A stretch of DNA of 64,000 nt from an uncultured Fidelibacterota bacterium (GCA_902525615.1 CABZHT010000003.1:37906-101905), one strand, 5' to 3'. Positions 30,694 to 41,744 are shown, counted from the first letter of the stretch. A program made the numbers and translations. Notes: generated by a model from the sequence alone, not told the origin.

Positions 30694-31307
30694 AGATTAA
30701 ATCAATAGATACTAGTAAAGATTTTAATTTGAAAGACAATGTTTTCAAAGTTGCAATGAACTCGCAAGCAGTTTATCAGTCTGTTGTTGCAGAAATGAAT
30801 AATGCTAGACAAGGAACAAGTTCATCTAAAAACAGATCTTTGGTTTCTGGTGGAGGTAAAAAGCCTTTTAGACAGAAAGGTACTGGTAACGCTAGACAAG
30901 GTACTAGCAGATCTCCATTGAATAGAGGCGGAGGTGTCATTTTTGGTCCAAGCCCTAAATATTACTTCAAAAAAGTTAATGCTAAAACTAAGCAGCTTGC
31001 TTTTAAATGCATATTATCTGATAAGGTTAAAAATGATTCATTTAAAGTGGTTGAATCATTTCCTAATCAACCTAAAACCAAAGAATTTATATCTTTTTTA
31101 AGAAAAAATAATCTTGATGGTAGAAAGTTAACAATTATCTCTTCAGTAATTGATGATAATCTGTCTCTAGCATCAAGAAATGTACCTTACGTTTCATTAG
31201 TTAAAGCTAATTCTTGTTCAATTAAAGATTTATTTGATAATGAGTTAATACTTGTTGATGTATCTGGATTAGAGGATCTTTCAAATAGATTTGGAGGTAA
31301 AAACTAA
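30690..31307 (+). CDS. rplD: 50S ribosomal protein L4
   Basis: GGGKKPFRQKGTGNARQGTSRSP hallmark. Confidence 0.96.
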   Translation: MKIKSIDTSKDFNLKDNVFKVAMNSQAVYQSVVAEMNNARQGTSSSKNRSLVSGGGKKPFRQKGTGNARQGTSRSPLNRGGGVIFGPSPKYYFKKVNAKTKQLAFKCILSDKVKNDSFKVVESFPNQPKTKEFISFLRKNNLDGRKLTIISSVIDDNLSLASRNVPYVSLVKANSCSIKDLFDNELILVDVSGLEDLSNRFGGKN

Positions 31308-31618
31308 TGAAGCATTTTTCAAAGATTTTGATTAGACCTATTGTTACTGAAAAGATGACAGCCCTACAAGAAACAGAAAATAAATATGCTTTTGAGGTAC
31401 CTTTTAATATCAATAAGATTGATGTTAAAAAAGCTGTTGAAGAAAAATTCAATGTAAAAGTTTCTAAGGTTGCAATTTCTAACATAAAAGGTAAAGCAAA
31501 GCAAATGACAGTTAAAAGTAATGGTCGAACTATAAGAACTGATGGATTTGCTAAGAGTAAAAAAAGAGCCATTGTTACATTAATTGATGGTTATAATATA
31601 GATTTATTTAGCGTATAG
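31307..31618 (+). CDS. rplW: 50S ribosomal protein L23
   Basis: 103 aa; ILIRPIVTEK...YAFEV pattern; S10-operon order. Confidence 0.94.
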   Translation: MKHFSKILIRPIVTEKMTALQETENKYAFEVPFNINKIDVKKAVEEKFNVKVSKVAISNIKGKAKQMTVKSNGRTIRTDGFAKSKKRAIVTLIDGYNIDLFSV

Positions 31619-31627
31619 GTATTTTAA

Positions 31628-32455
31628 ATGGCTATTAGACAACTTAAACCAGTAACTCCAGCATCTAGATTTACTTCTAGACCAGATTTTTCAGAAATTA
31701 CAACTGATAAGCCAGAGAAATCTTTGGTAAGAAAACTTAAGAAAACTGGTGGCAGAAATAATAAAGGTCGTATCACTTCTAGAAGAAGAGGCGGTGGACA
31801 TAAAAGAAGCTATAGAATCATCGATTTTAAAAGAAATAAATTTGATATCGAAGGTAAAGTAGCAACAATTGAATATGATCCAAACAGAAGTGCATTTATT
31901 GCCTTAATTCACTATATCGATGGTGAGAAAAGATATATTATTCAACCTAATGGTTTAAAAGTTGGAGATAAAATTATTTCAAGCGAAAAGGCTGAGCTAA
32001 AAACTGGAAATGCTATGCAGTTAAAAAATATTCCATCTGGACAATTTGTTCATAATATCGAAATGATTCCTGGAAAAGGAGCGCAGATGGCTAGAAGCGC
32101 AGGCGCATATGTTCAAGTTATGGCTCATGACAACAATTATGTTACTCTTAAAATGCCATCAGGAGAAGTTAGAATGGTTCCTGAAAAATGTTTAGCAACT
32201 GTCGGTGTTGTAGGAAATAAACAACACGAATTGGTTCGTTCAGGAAAAGCTGGAAGATCAAGATGGCTTGGAAGACGACCAAAAGTTAGAGGTGTCGCGA
32301 TGAATCCAGTTGATCATCCAATGGGTGGTGGTGAAGGTAAAAGTTCTGGAGGTAGACATCCTGTTTCACCATGGGGTAAGCAAACAAAAGGTTTAAAAAC
32401 CCGTAAAAAGAATAAAAAATCAAATGCTTTAATTATTAAAAGGAGAAATGATTAA
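31628..32455 (+). CDS. rplB: 50S ribosomal protein L2
   Basis: [29 protein letters not shown]. Confidence 0.98.
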   Translation: MAIRQLKPVTPASRFTSRPDFSEITTDKPEKSLVRKLKKTGGRNNKGRITSRRRGGGHKRSYRIIDFKRNKFDIEGKVATIEYDPNRSAFIALIHYIDGEKRYIIQPNGLKVGDKIISSEKAELKTGNAMQLKNIPSGQFVHNIEMIPGKGAQMARSAGAYVQVMAHDNNYVTLKMPSGEVRMVPEKCLATVGVVGNKQHELVRSGKAGRSRWLGRRPKVRGVAMNPVDHPMGGGEGKSSGGRHPVSPWGKQTKGLKTRKKNKKSNALIIKRRND

Positions 32456-32727
32456 TGGCTAGATCCATTAGAAAAGGTCCTCATATTGATATGAAGCTTT
32501 TAAAAAAGGTTCATAAAATGGAAGAATCTTCAAAAAAGTCTGTTATTAAGACTTGGGCTAGAAACTCAATTATTCTTCCAGACTTTGTAGGCCATACGTT
32601 TGCCGTTCATAATGGTAATAAGTTTATTCCAGTTTTCATTACTGAAAATATGGTAGGTCACAAACTAGGTGAATTTTCTCCAACAAGAACATTTAGAATT
32701 CATTCTGGAGATAGAAAGAAAAAATAA
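32455..32727 (+). CDS. rpsS: 30S ribosomal protein S19
   Basis: [27 protein letters not shown]. Confidence 0.97.
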   Translation: MARSIRKGPHIDMKLLKKVHKMEESSKKSVIKTWARNSIILPDFVGHTFAVHNGNKFIPVFITENMVGHKLGEFSPTRTFRIHSGDRKKK

Positions 32728-32729
32728 TA

Positions 32730-33062
32730 ATGGAAATTGTATCAAAAGCAAATAGTGTTAGAATTTCTCCAAAAAAACTAAGGAAAGTAGCTGATTTAGT
32801 AAGAGGTTTAAATGTAAATAAAGCTCTTAACTCTTTAAGCCATATGGAAGAAAAAGGTGCAGCTATTATTTTAAAAACTTTATCTTCAGCTATTGCTAAT
32901 GCTGATAATAACGAAGATTTTAATCTTGATATGAATTCAGTTAATGTAAAAACTATTACTGTTGATGAAGGCCCAGCATTAAAAAGATTTAGAGCAAGAG
33001 CGCAAGGGCGAGCAAACAGAATTAAGAAAAGAACCAGTCACTTAAAAATTGTTATAGGGTAA
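32730..33062 (+). CDS. rplV: 50S ribosomal protein L22
   Basis: 110 aa; VRISPKKLRKVADLVRG, RFRARAQGRANRIKKRTSH. Confidence 0.96.
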   Translation: MEIVSKANSVRISPKKLRKVADLVRGLNVNKALNSLSHMEEKGAAIILKTLSSAIANADNNEDFNLDMNSVNVKTITVDEGPALKRFRARAQGRANRIKKRTSHLKIVIG

Positions 33063-33066
33063 ATAA

Positions 33067-33705
33067 ATGGGACAAAAGACACATCCAAAAGGACTTAGAT
33101 TAGAAATTAATAAAAATTGGACTTCCAATTGGTTTCCAAAGAAGAATGCCTATGCTACTGATTTGGCTCAAGATATTAAGTTAAGAAAGTATTTGAAGAA
33201 AAGACTGCAAGACGCTTCAGTTGCTTCTGTAAATATTGAAAGAACTTCTCAAGCAATTACCGTCACGATACATACCGCTAGACCAGGTATTGTAATTGGT
33301 AGAGGCGGTGAAGAAGTTGCTAAACTGAAAAAAGAAGTTTCTAAGTTATGTAATACTGAAGATATACATCTAAATATCAACGAAGTAAAACGTCCAGAGT
33401 TAAATGCAGAATTGGTTGGCCAAAATATTGCATCTCAGTTGATTAAAAAAATGCCATACAGAAGAGTTTTAAATAAAACTATGCAATCAACTATGAGAAT
33501 GGGTGCTGAAGGAATTAGAATTAATGTATCTGGTAGATTAGGCGGTGTTGAAATTGCAAGATCTGAAAGATTTATGGAGGGAAGAGTACCTCTTCATACT
33601 TTGAGAGCAGATATAGATTATGCACTTGTTGAAGCTTATACTACTTACGGTATTATTGGAATCAAAGTTTGGATTTGTAACGGATTTTCAAAGGCTAAAA
33701 AATAA
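33067..33705 (+). CDS. rpsC: 30S ribosomal protein S3
   Basis: [14 protein letters not shown] domain [13 protein letters not shown]. Confidence 0.97.
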   Translation: MGQKTHPKGLRLEINKNWTSNWFPKKNAYATDLAQDIKLRKYLKKRLQDASVASVNIERTSQAITVTIHTARPGIVIGRGGEEVAKLKKEVSKLCNTEDIHLNINEVKRPELNAELVGQNIASQLIKKMPYRRVLNKTMQSTMRMGAEGIRINVSGRLGGVEIARSERFMEGRVPLHTLRADIDYALVEAYTTYGIIGIKVWICNGFSKAKK

Positions 33706-34127
33706 TGTTAGAACCAAAAAAGATTAAATATAGAAAAGTTCACAGAGGAAACCGTAAAGGAATGGCTAAAGGTGGTACCGAAGTAAACTTTGGTAGTTAT
33801 GGCATGAAAGCAATGGAGCCAGGATGGATCACTGCTAGACAAATAGAAGCAACAAGAATTTCTATATCTAGAAGAGTAAGAAAAGTAGGAAAGATGTGGA
33901 TTAGAATTTTTCCAGATAAACCTATTACAAAGAAACCTCTTGAAACTAGAATGGGTAAAGGTAAAGGTTCTCCTGAATATTGGGTAGCTAATGTAAGACC
34001 AGGAAGAATTTTATTTGAAGTTGAAGGAATATCAAAAGAATTGGCTCAAGAAGCTTTTAGAATTGCTGGAAATAAGCTAGCAATCAAAACAAAATTAGTA
34101 TCTAGAAGAGGTTTAGATGAAAATTGA
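33705..34127 (+). CDS. rplP: 50S ribosomal protein L16
   Basis: [30 protein letters not shown]. Confidence 0.97.
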   Translation: MLEPKKIKYRKVHRGNRKGMAKGGTEVNFGSYGMKAMEPGWITARQIEATRISISRRVRKVGKMWIRIFPDKPITKKPLETRMGKGKGSPEYWVANVRPGRILFEVEGISKELAQEAFRIAGNKLAIKTKLVSRRGLDEN

Positions 34128-34320
34128 AGATCTTAGAAAATTGTCTGAAAATGACTTGAAATCAAGATTGGTTGATAACATGGAAAGTTTACAAAAGTAT
34201 CGTTTCCAAAAATCTATTCAACAATTAGAAGATTACAAGCTTATTTCTGAAATGAAAAAAGAGAATGCTAAGATAAATACTATATTAAAAGAATTATCTT
34301 TAAATGGAGAAAATAATTAA
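34117..34320 (+). CDS. rpmC: 50S ribosomal protein L29
   Basis: 67 aa; [13 protein letters not shown]; operon order. Overlaps rplP by 11 nt. Confidence 0.93.
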   Translation: MKIEDLRKLSENDLKSRLVDNMESLQKYRFQKSIQQLEDYKLISEMKKENAKINTILKELSLNGENN

Positions 34321-34574
34321 TGGATAGAAATGCTCAAAGAATGGTAGGAAAAGTTATTTCAAATGCAATGGACAAAACTGTTGTAGTGAGCGTTGAAAGA
34401 CTTGTGAAACACAAGCTTTATAAGAAATATATGAAAAAATCTAAAAAATACTATGCTCATGATGAAAAGAACGCATTTAATGTCGGAGACACTGTTCAAA
34501 TAGTTGCTTCTAAACCTTTGAGCAAGACTAAAAGATGGAGAGCTTCTAAGCTTATTAGCGGTAGTAAAAAATAA
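34320..34574 (+). CDS. rpsQ: 30S ribosomal protein S17
   Basis: 84 aa; [28 protein letters not shown]. Confidence 0.95.
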   Translation: MDRNAQRMVGKVISNAMDKTVVVSVERLVKHKLYKKYMKKSKKYYAHDEKNAFNVGDTVQIVASKPLSKTKRWRASKLISGSKK

Positions 34575-34942
34575 TGATTCAACAGGAAACAAGATTAAAA
34601 GTAGCAGATAATTCTGGAGCAAAAGTTGTACAATGCTTCAAAGTATTGGGCGGTTCAAAGAAAAGATATGCGAGTATTGGAGATATTATAGTTGTATCTG
34701 TTAAATCATCTACTCCTGGCGGTATGGTTAAAAAGGGCGAAGTTGCAAGAGCTGTTGTTGTTAGAGTAAAAAAAGAAGTCAGAAGAAGAGATGGTTCATA
34801 TATTAGATTTGATGACAATGCTGCAGTAATATTAAATGCTCAGAATGAGCCAAAAGGAACAAGAATTTTTGGTCCTGTAGCAAGAGAATTAAGAGAAGGC
34901 GGGTATATGAAAATTATTTCAATGGCCCCAGAGGTATTATAA
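34574..34942 (+). CDS. rplN: 50S ribosomal protein L14
   Basis: [17 protein letters not shown] hallmark. Confidence 0.98.
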   Translation: MIQQETRLKVADNSGAKVVQCFKVLGGSKKRYASIGDIIVVSVKSSTPGGMVKKGEVARAVVVRVKKEVRRRDGSYIRFDDNAAVILNAQNEPKGTRIFGPVARELREGGYMKIISMAPEVL

Positions 34943-35248
34943 ATGAAAATTAAAAAAGATATGATGGTTAAAGTTGTTTCTGGAAACTTCAAAGGCATGA
35001 CTGGAAAAGTGTTAAAAGTAATTCCTCACTCTCAGCGAGCAATTGTTGAAGGTGTTGCATTAACAAAAAGAGCAGTACGTCCTACTCAAGAAAATCCACA
35101 AGGAGGCTTTTCAGAAAGAGAAAGATCGTTACATGTTTCTAACTTGATGGCTCTGGAAGGTGATGATGTTTCAAGAATTGGTTATAAAATTCTTGATGAT
35201 AAATCTAAAGTTAGAGTTTCAAAGAGAAGTGGCAAAGAATTAGGATAA
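34943..35248 (+). CDS. rplX: 50S ribosomal protein L24
   Basis: KOW motif VKVVSGNFKGMTGKVLKV; 101 aa. Confidence 0.95.
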   Translation: MKIKKDMMVKVVSGNFKGMTGKVLKVIPHSQRAIVEGVALTKRAVRPTQENPQGGFSERERSLHVSNLMALEGDDVSRIGYKILDDKSKVRVSKRSGKELG

Positions 35249-35833
35249 ATGATGAGTGTTCCAAATTATAAGAAAAAATATTTAGATGAAGTTAGACCTC
35301 ATTTAATGAAAAAGTTTGAATTCACTAGCATTATGCAAGTTCCAAAAATTGAGAAAATCACTTTAAATATTGGAATTGGAGATGCTAAAAACAATAAAAA
35401 GGCATTGCAGTCTGCCTTAGAAGAGTTGATGTTAATAACTGGTCAAAAGCCTGTTATTACTACTGCAAAAAAGGATATTTCTAACTTTAAGGTAAGAAGA
35501 GGTTTCCCTGTTGGTTGTAAAGTTAATCTTAGAAAAGACTTTATGTATGAGTTTTTAGAAAGATTGTGTGCAGTTGCATTACCTAGAACTAGAGATTTCA
35601 GAGGTTTGTCTTTCAAGTCTTTTGATGGTATGGGTAATTATAGTTTTGGTATTAAAGAGCAAGTTGTTTTTGCTGAGATAGATTATGATAAAGTTGATTC
35701 AATTAGAGGTATGGATGTAATTATTACAACTTCATCTTCAAGTGATGATATTTGTTATGAGCTATTGAGAGCGATGGGTTTACCTATTAGGGAAAAAAAT
35801 GTTGTAAACAATATTGAGGAGCAGGATGGCTAA
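35249..35833 (+). CDS. rplE: 50S ribosomal protein L5
   Basis: [39 protein letters not shown]. Confidence 0.96.
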   Translation: MMSVPNYKKKYLDEVRPHLMKKFEFTSIMQVPKIEKITLNIGIGDAKNNKKALQSALEELMLITGQKPVITTAKKDISNFKVRRGFPVGCKVNLRKDFMYEFLERLCAVALPRTRDFRGLSFKSFDGMGNYSFGIKEQVVFAEIDYDKVDSIRGMDVIITTSSSSDDICYELLRAMGLPIREKNVVNNIEEQDG

Positions 35834-36131
35834 AAAATCAAAAATTGTTAGAGAGTTTCATTTACAGAAAAAAGTTCAAAGACATTTTGAACTAAGAAAA
35901 GAATTAAGAGCGATAATTAAAAATCCAAATGTATCAGATGAAGAGAAAGAGAAAGCTATTATTAAAATGCAAAAACTTCCTAGATCTTCCAGTGCTTCAA
36001 GGTTAACAAATCGTTGTGCTGTATCAGGAAGGCCAAAAGGATACATGAGAAAATTTGGATTATCAAGAATAACATTCAGAGAGCTTGCACTCAAAGGTGA
36101 ATTACCGGGTGTAACTAAGGCAAGTTGGTAG
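35826..36131 (+). CDS. rpsN: 30S ribosomal protein S14 (long, Cys-poor type)
   Basis: Start trimmed to [10 protein letters not shown]; C-terminus [27 protein letters not shown]; 101 aa. Confidence 0.95.
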   Translation: MAKKSKIVREFHLQKKVQRHFELRKELRAIIKNPNVSDEEKEKAIIKMQKLPRSSSASRLTNRCAVSGRPKGYMRKFGLSRITFRELALKGELPGVTKASW

Positions 36132-36140
36132 GAGAAATAT

Positions 36141-36539
36141 ATGTCAATGACAGATCCAATAGCAGATTTTTGTACTAGAATTAGAAATGGTTATGTTGCA
36201 AAAAAGAGATGGGTTGATGTACCTTCATCCACTTTAAAGAAAAGATTATCTCTTGTTCTCAAAGAAGAAGGTTATATAGACAACTTTGTTTTTGTAGATA
36301 AAGAAGATAGCAAAGAAGATATTAGATTATATCTCAGATATAATGAAAATTCTCCTGCTATTACAACAATTGAAAAAATTAGTAAACCTGGAAAAAGAGT
36401 GTATGTTACATGTTCTGAAATTCCAAGAGTTTTAAATGGTTTGGGAATCAGCGTTTTATCAACTCCTAAAGGAGTAGTAAGTAATAAAGTAGCTAGAGAA
36501 TTAAAAGTTGGAGGAGAGTTGCTCTGCAACGTTTGGTAG
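36141..36539 (+). CDS. rpsH: 30S ribosomal protein S8
   Basis: MSMTDPIADFCTRIRNG; 132 aa. Confidence 0.97.
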   Translation: MSMTDPIADFCTRIRNGYVAKKRWVDVPSSTLKKRLSLVLKEEGYIDNFVFVDKEDSKEDIRLYLRYNENSPAITTIEKISKPGKRVYVTCSEIPRVLNGLGISVLSTPKGVVSNKVARELKVGGELLCNVW

Positions 36540-36540
36540 T

Positions 36541-37083
36541 ATGTCAAGAGTTGGAAATAGATTAATTAATATTCCTAATGACGTTTCTTTAGAAAAAAAA
36601 GAAAGCCAGTTAATGGTTAAAGGTTCTAATGGAAGTCTTATGGTAAATTTATGTGACGAAATTTCTGTCGACATTGATGATAAAGTCATGAATATTTCAA
36701 GAAATTCTGAAGATAAAGTTGCAAAATCTATGCATGGCACTACAAGACAGTTAATTTCTAATGCTATTGAAGGTGTTACAAATGGTTTTTCAAAACAACT
36801 TGAAATTATTGGAGTTGGTTTTAATGTCAAGTCTCAGAGCAATAGGTTAATATTTCAATTAGGTTTTTCACATGATATTGCATTTGATTTGCCGGAAGGT
36901 ATTGAAGCAGTAGCTAACAAAACCTCGCTTGAAATTAAAGGCGCTGATAAACAGTTAGTTGGTCAAGTTGCTGCTAAGATTAGATCTTTAAAGAAGCCTG
37001 AGCCATATAAAGGAAAAGGTATTAGATATAAGGATGAATATGTTCGTTCAAAACAAGGTAAAACAGTAGGAGGGGGCGAATAA
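36541..37083 (+). CDS. rplF: 50S ribosomal protein L6
   Basis: Start trimmed to MSRVGNRLINIP (ATG at 36541, 1 nt after the rpsH stop); PEPYKGKGIRY. Confidence 0.96.
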   Translation: MSRVGNRLINIPNDVSLEKKESQLMVKGSNGSLMVNLCDEISVDIDDKVMNISRNSEDKVAKSMHGTTRQLISNAIEGVTNGFSKQLEIIGVGFNVKSQSNRLIFQLGFSHDIAFDLPEGIEAVANKTSLEIKGADKQLVGQVAAKIRSLKKPEPYKGKGIRYKDEYVRSKQGKTVGGGE

Positions 37084-37442
37084 TGATAGCTTTAAAGCTT
37101 AAAAAAGAACAATATTTAAGAAGAAGAAAAAGATCAAAAAAAGCTTTTGCTAATAAAGATGAAATGAGATTATGTATTTTTAAGAGTACTAATCATATTG
37201 AAGCGCAAATCATTGATGATTTCAGTCAAAAGACTATTGTTTCTGCTTCTTCAAAAGAGAAAGAGTATTCAAAGAAAAAGGTGACTAAAACTGAACTTGC
37301 TGCACTTGTTGGGGCTTCTCTTTCCAAAAGAGTAAAAGGAAAAAAGATTAATAAAATTTATTTCGATAGAAATGGATTTAGGTACCACGGAAGAGTTAAA
37401 TCTTTAGCTGATGCAGCCAGAGAAGGTGGTCTTAAATTTTAA
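37083..37442 (+). CDS. rplR: 50S ribosomal protein L18
   Basis: 119 aa; RLCIFKSTNHIEAQIID, YHGRVKSLADAAREGGLKF. Confidence 0.96.
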   Translation: MIALKLKKEQYLRRRKRSKKAFANKDEMRLCIFKSTNHIEAQIIDDFSQKTIVSASSKEKEYSKKKVTKTELAALVGASLSKRVKGKKINKIYFDRNGFRYHGRVKSLADAAREGGLKF

Positions 37443-37454
37443 GATGGAGTATAA

Positions 37455-37961
37455 ATGAGTATGATAAATTTTTCAGAACTTGATTTAAAAGAAGAATCAG
37501 TTATCAGAATTAATAGAGTAGCTAAGGTTAATTCACGTGGAAAAAGGTTTAGTTTTTCTACTCTTGTAGTTATTGGTGACGGTAAATCGTATGTTGGTAT
37601 TGGTTCTGGAAAAGCTAATGAGGTTATTGTCTCAATAAATAAGGCTAAAGAAAATGCTAGACAGAATTTGGTCAAAGTTCCAGTAATAAACTATACTATT
37701 CCTCATGAAATAATTGGAAAGCATGGAGCTAGTAGAGTTTTATTAAAGCCTGCTCCCTATGGTACAGGTATCATTGCTGGTTCTGCGGTAAGATTAATTA
37801 TGGAGCAAGTTGGAATTAATAATATTTATTCAAAAGTATTAGGGTCTAACAATGTTATGAATGTTGCAAAAGCTGTCATGAATGCATTAACTAGCTTACA
37901 AGATGTTAGAGTTGTAGCTAAGAAGAGAGGAAAAACACCTAAAACACTTTTTGAGATTTAA
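37455..37961 (+). CDS. rpsE: 30S ribosomal protein S5
   Basis: IRINRVAKVNSRGKRFSFSTLVVIGDG, GTGIIAG. Confidence 0.96.
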   Translation: MSMINFSELDLKEESVIRINRVAKVNSRGKRFSFSTLVVIGDGKSYVGIGSGKANEVIVSINKAKENARQNLVKVPVINYTIPHEIIGKHGASRVLLKPAPYGTGIIAGSAVRLIMEQVGINNIYSKVLGSNNVMNVAKAVMNALTSLQDVRVVAKKRGKTPKTLFEI

Positions 37962-37963
37962 AA

Positions 37964-38149
37964 ATGGCTAAAAAACAATTAAAAATAACACAAATTAAAA
38001 GCAGAATTGGATATTCAAGAAAAGCTAAAGCTACGCTTGATGCATTAGGGCTCACTAAAATGAATAAATCAGTTATTCTAGAAGCAAATGACGCTATCGT
38101 GGGTATGATTAAGAAAATTGATTATTTAGTAAAGGTAGAAGAAGTATGA
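37964..38149 (+). CDS. rpmD: 50S ribosomal protein L30
   Basis: 61 aa; LKITQIKSRIGYSRKAKATLDALGL. Confidence 0.94.
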   Translation: MAKKQLKITQIKSRIGYSRKAKATLDALGLTKMNKSVILEANDAIVGMIKKIDYLVKVEEV

Positions 38150-38577
38150 AACTAGTTAAACCAACAGATGCGCTCAAAAAATCTAAAAGAGTTGGAAGAG
38201 GTCATGGTTCTGGTTTAGGAACTACTGCTGGTAGAGGTCATAAAGGCGCCGGTCAGAGAAGTGGTCACAAATACCGTTTTTGGTTTGAGGGTGGTCAGAT
38301 GCCTCTACATAGAAGAGTACCAATGAGAGGATTTAACAATTCTAATTTTGCAAAAACATTTGAAATAGTTAACCTATCACAAATTTCTAAACTTAAAGTG
38401 AAGAATGTTGATGCTGAAGTAATGTCAAAAAATGGACTTATTTCTTCTAGTTTTGCACCAGTTAAAGTATTAGGAAACGGATCCATTGATAAAGCGGTTA
38501 ATGTTACTGCATCTTCATTTAGCGATTCTGCAGCAAAAAAAATTGAGGATGCTGGAGGAAAGGCTACCACTCTGTGA
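38146..38577 (+). CDS. rplO: 50S ribosomal protein L15
   Basis: GRGHGSGLGTTAGRGHKGAGQRSG hallmark. Confidence 0.96.
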   Translation: MKLVKPTDALKKSKRVGRGHGSGLGTTAGRGHKGAGQRSGHKYRFWFEGGQMPLHRRVPMRGFNNSNFAKTFEIVNLSQISKLKVKNVDAEVMSKNGLISSSFAPVKVLGNGSIDKAVNVTASSFSDSAAKKIEDAGGKATTL

Positions 38578-39881
38578 TTGAAAAAATAAGAAATATTTTT
38601 GCAATACCAGAGCTTAGGAGAAAAATTTTATTTACCTTAGGTATTCTAGTAATTGTAAGACTTGGTTCTCAGGTGCCAATTCCAGGTATTAATCCTGACG
38701 CATTAAGACAAACAATGGAATCTTTAAATGATACATTCTTTGGTTTATTCAACTTGTTCACTGGTGGAGCATTTGGTCAAGCTGCAATTTTTGGTTTAGG
38801 GATTATGCCTTATATTTCTGTTTCTATTGTTATTCAAATTTTACAAACTACACTTCCTTATTTTCAAAGACTAGCTATGGAAGGTGAGAGCGGAAGAGCA
38901 AAAATTACTCAAATAACAAGATATGGAACTGTAGTTTTAGCGTTTGTTCAATCTATTTTTATCGCTTTATTACTTGAAAGCTACGGTATTGTTTTAGATC
39001 CAGGTTTTCTTTTTAGATTTACTGCTGTAGTAAGTATTACTACTGGTACTATGCTTTTGTTATGGCTTGGTGAAAAAATTACGGAACACGGAATTGGAAA
39101 TGGTATCTCTTTAATTATTATGGTCGGTATTATCGCTGGATTTCCAAACGTAGTAATTTCTGAGATATCATATTTTCAACAAGGTGTCAGAGGAATTCTT
39201 TCTGAATTATTTTTAATGCTTCTTTTCTTCTTTTTAGTGATGATGATTATTTTGGTTCAACAAGGCGTAAGAAAAGTTCCTGTTCAGTACGCAAGAAGAA
39301 TTGTAGGTCGTAAAGTATATGGAGGTCAGAATACTTACTTACCTTTAAAAATTAATACTGCTGGAGTAATTCCAATTATTTTTGCTCAATCCATAATTCT
39401 AATTCCAGGTACTATTGCAACGTTTTTTGGACAGGATGCAACTCAATCAAACTTTATCTCCTTATTTGCTATGGATCACTGGTTTTCTAATACGATGTTT
39501 GCATTGTTGATTATATTTTTCACTTATTTTTATACTGCATTACAATTTGATCCAAATCAAGTATCTTCAACCTTAAAACAACAGGGTGGTTTTATCCCTG
39601 GTGTTAAACCAGGAAAAAAGACTGCAGAGTTTATTGAAAATATTTTAACTAGAGTTACACTACCGGGCGCTTGTTTCTTAGGTTTTATAGCTCTTATGCC
39701 ATATTTCCTTCAGCAATTTGCTGGATTAGATTATGCTTATGCATCATTTTTTGGCGGAACAAGCTTACTTATTGTTGTTGGAGTTGGATTAGATACTTTA
39801 AGTCAGATAGAGTCTCATTTATTGTCAAGACATTATGACGGTTTTTTAACTAAAGGTAAGGTGCGAAGTAGACGTGGTTGA
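38574..39881 (+). CDS. secY: Preprotein translocase subunit SecY
   Basis: GTG start overlapping the rplO stop; 10-TM profile; GIMPYISVSIVIQIL, WLGEKITEHGIGNGISLII. Confidence 0.96.
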   Translation: MIEKIRNIFAIPELRRKILFTLGILVIVRLGSQVPIPGINPDALRQTMESLNDTFFGLFNLFTGGAFGQAAIFGLGIMPYISVSIVIQILQTTLPYFQRLAMEGESGRAKITQITRYGTVVLAFVQSIFIALLLESYGIVLDPGFLFRFTAVVSITTGTMLLLWLGEKITEHGIGNGISLIIMVGIIAGFPNVVISEISYFQQGVRGILSELFLMLLFFFLVMMIILVQQGVRKVPVQYARRIVGRKVYGGQNTYLPLKINTAGVIPIIFAQSIILIPGTIATFFGQDATQSNFISLFAMDHWFSNTMFALLIIFFTYFYTALQFDPNQVSSTLKQQGGFIPGVKPGKKTAEFIENILTRVTLPGACFLGFIALMPYFLQQFAGLDYAYASFFGGTSLLIVVGVGLDTLSQIESHLLSRHYDGFLTKGKVRSRRG

Positions 39882-40623
39882 TATTAATAATCATATTGAA
39901 GTTAATGCTATATCTGAAAGCTGTCAGATTCTTTCAGATACTCTTGATTTGGTAGAGAAAAGTATTTTCCCAGGTCAATCAGTTTTAGAGTTAGATAAAA
40001 TAGCTGAAAATTACATTAGTTCATGTAATGCCAAACCTGCATTTAAAGGATATGATGGATTCCCAGCTACTCTAACAGTTTCCATTGATGATGAAATCGT
40101 TCATGGAATCCCAAAAGATGTAGTACTTGTTGAAGGACAAATTGTAAGTATTGATTGTGGAGTAATTAAAAATGATTTTTATAGCGATTCAGCAAGAACA
40201 ATAGCTGTAGGTAAAATATCTGAAGAAAAGCAAAGATTATTAGATGTAACAAAAAAAGCATTAGAAATTGGGATTAAAAATGCTGTTATTGGAAATAAAA
40301 TATTTGATATAAGCAATTCAATACAAGAATATGTTGAATCTGAAGGCTTTTCAATTGTTAGAGAGTTGGTTGGTCACGGTATTGGTAGGCAATTACATAT
40401 TAAGCCTCAAGTTCCAAATTTTTCTAACCCTGTAACTTCAGATTTAAATGTTGAATTGAAAGAAGGAATGTGTTTAGCTATTGAACCTATGGTAAATGTA
40501 GGATCTAGACATATTAAAACTGATAGCGATGGATGGACAATTAGGACGGAAGATGGCTGTGCAAGTGCACACTTTGAACATTCAATTCTTATTACTAACT
40601 TCCAACCCAGAATTTTAACGTAA
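39874..40623 (+). CDS. map: Type I methionine aminopeptidase
   Basis: GTG start; VHGIP, IDCGVIKNDFYSDSA, GHGIG, AIEPM, AHFEHSILIT metal-site pattern. Confidence 0.93.
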   Translation: MVDINNHIEVNAISESCQILSDTLDLVEKSIFPGQSVLELDKIAENYISSCNAKPAFKGYDGFPATLTVSIDDEIVHGIPKDVVLVEGQIVSIDCGVIKNDFYSDSARTIAVGKISEEKQRLLDVTKKALEIGIKNAVIGNKIFDISNSIQEYVESEGFSIVRELVGHGIGRQLHIKPQVPNFSNPVTSDLNVELKEGMCLAIEPMVNVGSRHIKTDSDGWTIRTEDGCASAHFEHSILITNFQPRILT

Positions 40624-40629
40624 GAAAAA

Positions 40630-40854
40630 ATGGCAAAACAAGAATCTATAGAAGTAGAAGGTACTATTAAGGAAGCTTTACCTGGAGCAAGATTTAGGGT
40701 AACCATAAATCTTGGAGGAAAAGAGCATGAAGTTTTAGCTCATGTAAGTGGCAAAATGAGAATGCATTTTATTAAAATGCTTCCTGGAGATAAAGTTGAT
40801 TTACAACTATCTCCCTATGATTTAAGTAGAGGAAGAATAACATTTAGGCAATAA
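40630..40854 (+). CDS. infA: Translation initiation factor IF-1
   Basis: [18 protein letters not shown]...[13 protein letters not shown]; 74 aa. Confidence 0.97.
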   Translation: MAKQESIEVEGTIKEALPGARFRVTINLGGKEHEVLAHVSGKMRMHFIKMLPGDKVDLQLSPYDLSRGRITFRQ

Positions 40855-40856
40855 TT

Positions 40857-40973
40857 ATGAAAGTAAAAGCTTCAGTTAAAAAAAGAACTAGAGATTGTAT
40901 TATCGTCCGTAGAAAAGGACGTATTTACGTAATTAATAAGAAAAACCCTAGATTTAAGCAGAGGCAAGGATAA
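40857..40973 (+). CDS. rpmJ: 50S ribosomal protein L36 (absent from the ORF track, 38 aa, Cys-poor C-minus type)
   Basis: Translation: [38 protein letters not shown]. Lies between infA and rpsM. Its TAA overlaps the rpsM ATG (TAATG). Confidence 0.92.
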   Translation: MKVKASVKKRTRDCIIVRRKGRIYVINKKNPRFKQRQG

Positions 40974-41353
40974 TGGCTAGAATAGCAGGTGTAGATATAC
41001 CGAAAGATAAAAAAGTAGCATATTCTTTAAGATATGTACATGGAATTGGATTAAAGACTGCCCTTAATATTTGTGAGCAAGCTAAAGTTGATCCTAATAC
41101 TCGCGTTACTGATTTATCATCAAAACAAGAAGATGAAATCAGAAAAGTTATAGTAGACTTAAAGCTTCTTATTGAGGGTGAGCTTAGAAGTGAAAATTTA
41201 AAAAATGTTAAAAGATTACAAGACATTGGTAGCTACAGAGGTGTTAGACATAGAAAATCTCTGCCAGTTAGAGGACAAAGAACTAAAACCAATTCTCGTA
41301 CAAAAAGAAGTAAGAAAAGACAAACAATTTCATTAGGTAAGAAGGCAGTATAA
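40973..41353 (+). CDS. rpsM: 30S ribosomal protein S13
   Basis: [35 protein letters not shown]. Confidence 0.97.
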   Translation: MARIAGVDIPKDKKVAYSLRYVHGIGLKTALNICEQAKVDPNTRVTDLSSKQEDEIRKVIVDLKLLIEGELRSENLKNVKRLQDIGSYRGVRHRKSLPVRGQRTKTNSRTKRSKKRQTISLGKKAV

Positions 41354-41354
41354 T

Positions 41355-41741
41355 ATGGCGACGCAGACTAGATCTAATAAGAAAAAGAAAAAAATTAATC
41401 CAAACGGTATTGTACATATTAAAGCAACATTTAATAATACAAATATTACAGTTTCAGATGAATTTGGTAATGTTGTTGCTTGGGCAACAGCAGGAAAGGC
41501 AGGCTTTAAAGGTTCTAGAAAAAACACTGCCTATGCAGCAACTGTTGCTTCAGATAAAGTCGCAAGTGAAGTAGTAAGTATGGGGATGACTACTGTTGCA
41601 GTAAGAGTTAAAGGTCCCGGAGCAGGAAGAGAATCAGCTATAAGAGCTTTATCTGCTGCGGGGTTGCAAGTTACATCAATTTCTGATGTTACGCCATTAC
41701 CACATAACGGATGTAGACCTAAAAAACAGAGAAGAGTATAA
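41355..41741 (+). CDS. rpsK: 30S ribosomal protein S11
   Basis: [31 protein letters not shown]. Confidence 0.97.
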   Translation: MATQTRSNKKKKKINPNGIVHIKATFNNTNITVSDEFGNVVAWATAGKAGFKGSRKNTAYAATVASDKVASEVVSMGMTTVAVRVKGPGAGRESAIRALSAAGLQVTSISDVTPLPHNGCRPKKQRRV

Positions 41742-41744
41742 AGA

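Noticed and set aside
39874-39881. Missing adk between secY and map
   Set aside because: secY-map-infA-rpmJ without adk is a normal arrangement in several phyla, and the secY/map overlap shows no sign of deletion scars.
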